Part shown: piece after piece, positions 55,882 to 64,000 of the stretch | Position numbering within the stretch: position 1 is the stretch's first letter | Layout: each line of letters starts with the position of its first letter | Assembly: GCA_009602735.1 (NCBI GenBank) | Contig: WELA01003365.1 | Coordinates: 62,001 to 126,000 of the forward strand | Direction of reading: 5' to 3' | DNA length: 64,000 nucleotides | Origin: Mesotaenium endlicherianum | Lineage: Eukaryota | The notes under the pieces: generated by a model | Told to the model about the DNA's origin: nothing | Seen by the model: only the letters and a program-made list of their open reading frames with translations | Databases searched by the model: none | Program-made: the position numbers and the translations under genes

Positions 55882-58734
55882 ATGAGGGGAGCTCCTACGA
55901 GCGTCCTGCTGGTGGCGCTCCTGTTTCTGAGCAGCAGCTGGGAAGCGACGGCCGTCTCCGGATCTTGTTCCGGGAAGAGCACCAAATACCTTGCTGCCAA
56001 TAAGTACGGGCCTCTTATGTCTTGCATTCAATCGTGCAAGATAGGGGTGTGCACGATCTGTTTGAAATACTTGTGCTGTGTGCTTCATATATTCCAACCC
56101 AGAAGAAAAATGGGGCCTCTCGCTTGCTAGCCGCTGGCCGGGCATAGCAGGACCGCTATTGGGATTGCGGTAAGGCAGAATGAATTTTGACTACGTGTAG
56201 AAGTCCCCACGCGTATGGGCATATAATCCGTTCGTGAATGATGAGCTTTATTATAATTGCAATCAGGGTCGCGTATGGCTGCCTGCAATTATGATATACG
56301 CAATCTTCTTTTAAGTTTCATGTACATCTCATTTGACATAGGTGTATGCAATGCTGACGAACTTATGTTGTGACTTTGCGCCGCAGGGACACAGTCAGGT
56401 GGGGCTTCTACGACCTGTCTGCTCCCTATGTGGCGCACGTAAAGCCAGGAGACACCATCACTGTGGAGGTCGTCACCCACACTGCTGGGGCCGACTACTC
56501 AAAGATCATCAAGGTAGGCCAATGAACGTCAGGCACGTGGCTATGTGCATTATTTTAATATGCAACTAATTTGTTCGCTGAAGTGAGTCTCAAGGAAGCT
56601 GACCCCATATGCTTCCCATTTGTTTTTGTTTTTGTTTTTTAAATACAGCTGATGCTTATTGCGCGGTCTTTAGCTGGAAGCCTTCTAAGTGTGCAAATCA
56701 GCTGATGCTAACGAGTTTGCCGAGCCCCTGCAAGACCTTCCACTGTTTACACTGTAGAGATACGGAAATCAGAAGTATATGCATGATGATAGTAAGGCAG
56801 CACCTCTGGCCAACTCAGAGCCAAATGCTGCTATACTTAAAGCTCAGTTCTGCAGGTGCCATCAACCTACATTCTCTCCAACATATATGAGTTGATCGCT
56901 TCAAAGTTACACTCTACACGTGCTTTTTTCCCCCACCAAAAAACAATAATCATATTCACTGCATTCGCGATGTTTTAGTGCCACTGTACTCTGCTTAAAT
57001 ACCTGCATTTGAGAGCTTCCCATATTCACTTAAATGAGCAATGATTGCTGGAGTGCTGCTGCTATGCATGCACTAGCTGTTTTGGAGACAGCTTGTGAGC
57101 TGGAAAGAACACCACTCCCCCCCCNNNNNNNNNNNNNNNNNNNNNNNNNNNNNNNNNNNNNNNNNNNNNNNNNNNNNNNNNNNNNNNNNNNNNNNNNNNN
57201 NNNNNNNNNNNNNNNNNNNNNNNNNNNNNNNNNNNNNNNNNNNNNNNNNNNNNNNNNNNNNNNNNNNNNNNNNNNNNNNNNNNNNNNNNNNNNNNNNNNN
57301 NNNNNNNNNNNNNNNNNNNNNNNNNNNNNNNNNNNNNNNNNNNNNNNNNNNNNNNNNNNNNNNNNNNNNNNNNNNNNNNNNNNNNNNNNNNNNNNNNNNN
57401 NNNNNNNNNNNNNNNNNNNNNNNNNNNNNNNNNNNNNNNNNNNNNNNNNNNNNNNNNNNNNNNNNNNNNNNNNNNNNNNNNNNNNNNNNNNNNNNNNNNN
57501 NNNNNNNNNNNNNNNNNNNNNNNNNNNNNNNNNNNNNNNNNNNNNNNNNNNNNNNNNNNNNNNNNNNNNNNNNNNNNNNNNNNNNNNNNNNNNNNNNNNN
57601 NNNNNNNNNNNNNNNNNNNNNNNNNNNNNNNNNNNNNNNNNNNNNNNNNNNNNNNNNNNNNNNNNNNNNNNNNNNNNNNNNNNNNNNNNNNNNNNNNNNN
57701 NNNNNNNNNNNNNNNNNNNNNNNNNNNNNNNNNNNNNNNNNNNNNNNNNNNNNNNNNNNNNNNNNNNNNNNNNNNNNNNNNNNNNCCCGCCCCGCCCCGC
57801 CCCGCCCCGCGGGAACCTCTCTCCTCCGTCCCTTACCCTCTCTCTTGCTCTTTGTACGTCTTTGGCTGCGTGTGTGTGTGCGTGTGCGTGTGTGTGCGTC
57901 TGCATGTGTGTGTGAGTGTGCGGTGGACATGTGCAGGGAGACAAGGGCCTGGAGGGCATTTTCAAGTGGGGCACAGGCAAGACAGCTGGCACAAAGTCGG
58001 TGCCCAAGCCACCTGGCAGCGGCTCGCACATTGTGACAGGGCCCATTGAAGTGTGCGGGGCCGAAGTCGGCGACGTCATCCAGGTCCCTCCTCTGCTGCA
58101 CCCACCTGGCAATCTCTCTCTTTCTCACACACATACTCGTATATATCTTGCTTGTTGCGTGGATGGTCCCTTATACTCTAGTTGCAAGTGTAACTATAGT
58201 CTATGTGTGTGTGCCTAGTGTTAGGAGAGATGAAGAAAACTCTGCAGCCAATCCAGGGCCGCAATCTTCACAGTACTGTTACCCGGTTCCGCTGGGCTGC
58301 AATCGCCTCTAGACTGCAACAGTGAACCCATCCCTTTTGTGGAACTAAGCATGCTGCCGCCCTGCTGGCGCACCCTCATCAGCAGGAATGCGCGCTCGAG
58401 AAGCTAAGCTGATGTTTGCTCGACGACGTCTTTCTCCGCCCGTGCGTGTCCCTCCAGGTGGACATCCTGAGCATGAAGCCGCGCCCGAATCCGCGCACCA
58501 AGAAGACGTACGGCGTCAACGTGCTCACCAACTTTGGGTGAGCGGCGCTCCCCGGTCCTTCGCGGCTTTTGCATCCTTGCAACTTTCAAGGGGGAGAGAG
58601 AGGGGGGGAGAGAGAGAGACACTTGTGCATCCTTTTGGCGAGAGGCACTCGCTTTTGCATTCGCTTTTGGTATTGCTTGCATCGACTTGCGTAAGTAGCC
58701 GCGCTGCGGAAGAAAGAGGTTTGTGGCCAGCCCT

Positions 58735-58768
<34 letters not shown>

Positions 58769-61700
58769 TCAAGATCGCAGATGGAAGCTCACCGGAGCGC
58801 GTGCATGTGCATGTGCGTGTGCGCGCGCAGGTACCACTACGTGCACGCGGAGCACCGCGACGGCACACCCTTCAAGGGCAACGCGTCCACCATCACAGTG
58901 TACGAGATTAAGTACGACCGCCCCGGCCGCTACTACTATGGCGACCCCATCTACCAGGTGCGTGGAGCTGCCCGCCTGGCCGCCTGGCAGTCTATCCGGC
59001 TGCCTGGCAGGCTGGCTGGCTGGCTGGCTGGCTGGCTGCTGGCTGATTGATTGATAGGTTGGCTGCGATAGGTGGATGTGAGCAAGGAGATTGTGTCCTT
59101 TGCCTGAGTCTCCCTCACTCTCCACTTTTCCCGCGCTGTGTGCAGTTCCTGATGCCGGCGCTGACGGACCCGGGCGGCACGACAGCTGTCATCACCACGC
59201 AGCCCATCGGGTACACGGTGCCCCACGCCATCGACGTTGGTAAGCCAGCCCCGGCAATTTGTTGTTCAGATCGCTTTGAAGTGTGTACAAGTGTTTGAAG
59301 ATTTCTGCATCTGCAGCTATCGAGTAAGTAAAGAAGGAGCAGGGGCAACCTACCCCACAGGCCCGCCCCCTGCTTAGCTGTCCCCACTACCTCGACCTCC
59401 CCCCGCTGCAAAGAAGACACGTGTGGAGAATGTCCCAGATTGTGCACGCAACGAGCTCAAATGGAAGAAGCACCCTTGCAACAATAGAACTCCTACACAC
59501 TCGCTTGTTTTCCTGCATGCCCTTACGTGCTCTCACACGCTGTCACGCGCGCCAAAAGAGCACGTGCCACTTGCAATCGCTACAATGCACCAATGAACGG
59601 GCAAATCTGCCCGCCTGTCCACCGGGGACTGATAGGAGAGGAACGAGACCCACTCTGACCGGCTGAGCGGGGCTGTCTGGCGGCGACAGGTGGCACGGGC
59701 CTGCCGGTGACGTACCCTGAGGGCTTCAAGTTTGTGGTGGCCAACGACTCCAGCATCAAGTACACCAGCGCCTCTCTTGACTACCGCATCCCCCTCCGGC
59801 CGCACATCGGCATCATGGGTGCGCTCCCTCCGCCCTCCGCCCTCCCCCGTTACATCCCCCGTCTCCTTCCCTCTCCCCCCCCGCCAGCCACCAGTACGCG
59901 CAACTTGAGATGCGAGGATGTCGGTGCTCCACTATTTGTGCTGCTGAGGCGCAGTACTAAACGGCGCAGACAGCCAGCTGTCTGCACCTGTAGAGCACAA
60001 GCACGAGCGCGCGCCTCCCTTTCGCGCTCCAGCACGCACGCACGCCGGGCATCCGGTAAGATGCAGGGCCAATTCAGCGCAGAGCACGCACAGCTGTCGC
60101 CGTGCAAGGTGACCAGCGCGATGGCAACTTTGCTCTTCAAAGAAGGCTTCCCCTAGACCCCCCCCCCCAAAAGCCCCCCAGAGCCCCCCTTCCAACACCT
60201 GGCAGCACCTGGTGACACCACTCAAGCAGCGCTTTCAAGTTTCCTTCCAAGGATGGCACCAGTCTGTATCTCATCTCAGCATAAACAAGCTGGTACAGCA
60301 GAAGCAGCAGAAAGACTGGCACGCTGAGTTATCCTCAAGTGAGCCACCAAACCTGCTAGCTGACATGCATTTCTTGACTTGTATCCTCCTCCCCCCCCCC
60401 CCTCCCCCNNNNNNNNNNNNNNNNNNNNNNNNNNNNNNNNNNNNNNNNNNNNNNNGGGGGGGGGGGGGGGGGGGGTTGATAGCTGTGCCCTCTCGAGTTT
60501 CTAGATGGGCAAGCGTCGGGGACGTGGTGGGGTTCTGAGGGGGCAAGAGCATGACGTTGCAATGTGTGTTTTTTGGTGTCCTTTTGAAATGAGCAGCTGT
60601 GATGCCGGCCAACGGGCAGCTGTACCTCAACGGCGCCATCAATGGCACCAAGGGTGCCTCCACTGTGTCCCCTAGCAAGTATGTGCTCTACACCTGCGTG
60701 CGCCCTCGTGCGCTATTTGCTTCGCCTCTGCCGCACAGCTTGCAGCTGGAAACTGTGTGTGCCGTGTGCATTGTCTAGTGCTGGCCCATAGCCTTTGGCT
60801 GGGGACTATGTGTGGCTGATGTAGCCTGTGATGTTCCGTGGAGCTGTGTAGTCGGTGCCCTCTCGAGGATCCATGCAATCTAAGTGGGGCAGCGTGCTTG
60901 CCATGTGGCAGCTTTGGAGGAAACATCGACAACTGGCGCATAGGCCCAGGCACGACCATGTACTACAAGGCGCAGGTGGCGGGCGGGCGCCTCGTTCTGG
61001 CCGACACTCACGCCGGTACTTGTCGCCGCACAAAACCGTGCTCACACGCAGCCCCTCCTTGTCTCATGTCTCAGTTTGTGGGTCAAGACAGAACATGTTC
61101 TTGTGTATTCGAATACAGATGCACGTGTTCACTCAGCTGCGTATGCACGCATCTGCGCACAGCTGTACGGGTCTCTTGATATAGCCCGCAAATCTTCAGG
61201 TGCTGCAGAAGTACGTGCAAGGTGGAGTTGTTTGATTCCTGCTTTACACGTCACCCGAGAACAAAAAATTCGGCTCGTAAACGTTCAGGACATTGACAGC
61301 TGCTATGAAACGTGCCTTACATGCGCAATCCCGTCTGTGCTCAGCATCACAGATGTAGCGGACTCCATGGCTGGGCTACCACTCGAAAGTGGATACACAG
61401 CAATCCTCTGTGTATTCTAACTTGGTTCAGCATCTGTGGCACTCTGGCTGCTAGACCTGGGCCTGCAGAAGGATGTCTTTCTTATCTTACTTCTGCTGTG
61501 TCTTGCAGCGCAAGGCGACAGCGAGCTGTCCGGCACGGCCATCGAGACGTGCTTCACAGTCAAGATCCGCGTCAAGCTTCTCAAGCTGGTGAGCACCTTT
61601 GCATACGACACGCGCCATAAGCCTCATAGAATGAAGCGCCTCTTCTTCTATTTGCTAGTGAACAGAAACCCTTTGATACCCTGAAGGCTGAATCCCTCAA

Positions 61701-63597
61701 TCCTGCAAATCCTGAACCCTCAAATCCACGAACCTCCTTCACGCGCGTGTCCTCACCCAGAGACGATAGTGCAGCCCTTCTCCGAAGCTTATCTGAACAG
61801 CAATTGGCTGGCGCCAGCTGAGGATGTATTAAGCTTAGGGAGCACGTCGCACGATATGCGCGCCATTAGCAACAACTTTGGGATGGAAGGGAGGAGCCCA
61901 AGGGACTTGTGATATTCAAGGTTTACGAGAGAATGTCTCTCCGAGGTCAAAGATCCTGCACAACCTGTCATCCAGTTGAATATCAATCTTTGTCTGGCAA
62001 GGCTCTCAGAACCGCAAAACTCTCTCACGATGCTGGCATGTTCCCTCAGCTTTCCACACCTCGCTGGATTTGCGGTTAGGCCTGACTTGGACCTCGGCAA
62101 GACGGCGTGGCAGTCTGTGAGGTGTGCCTGAGATGCCTCTTGTCGCTTCAGAGAGCATCGGCATCACGAGTGCTGATGTGGAGAAGCTGCTGTTGCGCTT
62201 GCCATCCCTCCGCGTTCACTGCCGGTAACAATCCCGGCGCTGTTTCTTACATCTATGGCTGATGGTGGTGACGTGCGCAGGCCAAGCTGCCGTCGACCGT
62301 GAGGCTGCTCAACTTCCCGCTCGGCGAGACCAGATATGTTCGTAGCGATCTCTTCCACCCAGCTAGGTCTCATTCCAGCAAGCGCACAGCATCAGTCGAG
62401 CGTATACCTAGTCCATCATGCCTTCAAAATCCATTGCCTGGCAGTTATGTCACGCTTTTTGTGTCCAGCACAACTTACACACCTGCTTCTCCCTCCTTAG
62501 GCCTTTCCTCTCGAGCGTGCCCCTCCGGTTTTTGCCTGATTCACCTCCCTTCCACTGCGCTACCCCAAGCCTCGCTCAATTCATACAGCAGCCTCCGAAC
62601 TTCTAAGACTGAAAAACAGTCAGGGTGTGAGGAAGCTGGGGAGCCAGAGCCAGGCCAACACGTGGCGGGGCTGTGAGTGACGAGGCCATACTCCACGTGG
62701 TGTGACGTGGTGGTGCCATGTGTGCGCAGGAGTACATGATCCACGGGTTCGTGTTCCTGGATTACCTCTCCCAGCTGACCACCCCGTCCAACATCAGCCT
62801 GGAGGGCGGCAGCCTGGACCTGGCATTCAAGGGCGCGTACGACCGCACGCGCAACTTCCTCATGGACGCCTTCTACCTGGCGGAGACGGAGGCCATCGGC
62901 GTGATGAGCACGTCCGTCGACTTCATCGTCACGCAGGTGCGCGCGCACGCGCGCTTGGACCTCCTGCAAATATATGCTGGCGTTGTTGTCTCGCTGCACT
63001 CTGTCTCTGTCGCAATGGCACATGCCCTTGTCGCTGTCGGGATGTGGTGGTACGCGTTGCTGTGGGGTTGCCGGGCCACTCGCAGCTGGTACTGACGAGT
63101 TCTCTCTCCGCTGGCGGCAGAGGCTAACAGAAGCTCGTTGTTGAAAGTTGCAGAGCCATCAGCATGCTACTGGCAGGGGCCTGTTTTCATGGTAGCTTGA
63201 TGTTGTAACCTTGACATCATTGTCATATGCTCTCTATCTCCCTCTCTTTCTGTAATGCTTTGAATGAGCACAGTATGGCTCAGGATCAGCATCTGCATGG
63301 AAGGTTGATCTTGGCGCCTTACGATCTTGTCTTATGCTGTGGAGAGTGAATCGCGACAATGCAATGTGCCTCTCCTTTAAGCAGCTTCGTTCTGCTTGGC
63401 GATGTTTTCCATTTCAGGTGGTGGACAGCAACTGGGGAGTGCACGGCCTGGTGAAGAAGTTTGTGTTTGGAAAGCGCACCAAGGGGCGCAAGCTTCTGGA
63501 GTACATGGGCGATCCCAACTTCTTTTCTCAGCTGAAGGCCCGGGAAGCCATGGCCAGGCGCAGGCAGAAGAGCCTCCTGTACAAGCTGTGGAACTGA
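55882..63597 (+). CDS. Acetamidase/formamidase family (FmdA/AmdA) protein with predicted signal peptide
   Basis: Thirteen in-phase GT-AG exons: 55882-56003, 56387-56513, 57937-58083, 58458-58537, 58831-58957, 59146-59239, 59690-59818, 60597-60678, 60912-61015, 61509-61588, 62281-62337, 62730-62936, 63418-63597. Motifs TVRWGFY, VKPGDTITVE, HIVTGPIEVCGAEVGDV, FGGNIDNWRIG, AQGDSELSGTAIE, VVDSNWGVHG. Confidence 0.93.
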
Positions 63598-64000
63598 TAT
63601 TTGTGTCGGTACTATTTATCTGTGCATGAAAATATTTTACGAGCGAAATGCTCCCCCATAGGTGCTGCCAATCAGTAAGGCCAATAACTTATTGGACCTG
63701 GCAGAGAGCGCAAGGCTGCAATGTAAGAAGGGGAATGCTCTAGCAGCGTTCTGTGATGAAGTTTAGAAGCCACTTCCACATGTCAATTAAGTATGTAGGG
63801 CCTAGAGGCACATCAGCATAGGGTGGTATTGTATTGCAGGGCTACAGAGCTCCAGCTTACGTGTAAAAACTATTTTCTGCAGTGACACATTGCCCCTGGG
63901 GGACATAGGGTGATAGCTCCCTTCAAAAATTGGGCGCACATTACGATTTTCCTGGTTGCGCTTATCAATCATGCCAGATTTTTCAGCTCAATTCAGCCTT

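Overview
Eukaryotic (spliceosomal introns, microsatellites, N-gaps), most likely a streptophyte green alga or early-diverging plant; the taxon is inferred, not shown. The window has two compartments. (1) About 1-37 kb is a decayed, nested transposon landscape. Inserted elements are: a partial and a full-length Ty3/gypsy chromovirus (12246-21200, TSD ATATC, extra spliced ORF after pol); a related solo LTR (5543-6799); and a deleted hAT element (34386-36989, TSD TATGTACG). They sit inside a gene cluster made of a C5 cytosine methyltransferase pseudogene, a HIRAN-domain gene, two pairs of duplicated orphan genes, a 4x184-bp tandem array, an F-box/LRR pseudogene and a CMC/CACTA-type DDE transposase with an internal BAH-like domain. 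The cluster ends at a candidate CACAG terminus at 37052. I interpret it, as an inference, as one giant cargo-carrying DNA transposon whose left end lies outside the window. (2) About 41-64 kb is host gene space with GC-rich exons: an 8-exon GH9 endoglucanase with a Pro-rich linker and CBM49-like domain, an intact F-box/LRR gene, and a 13-exon signal-peptide-bearing acetamidase/formamidase-family gene.
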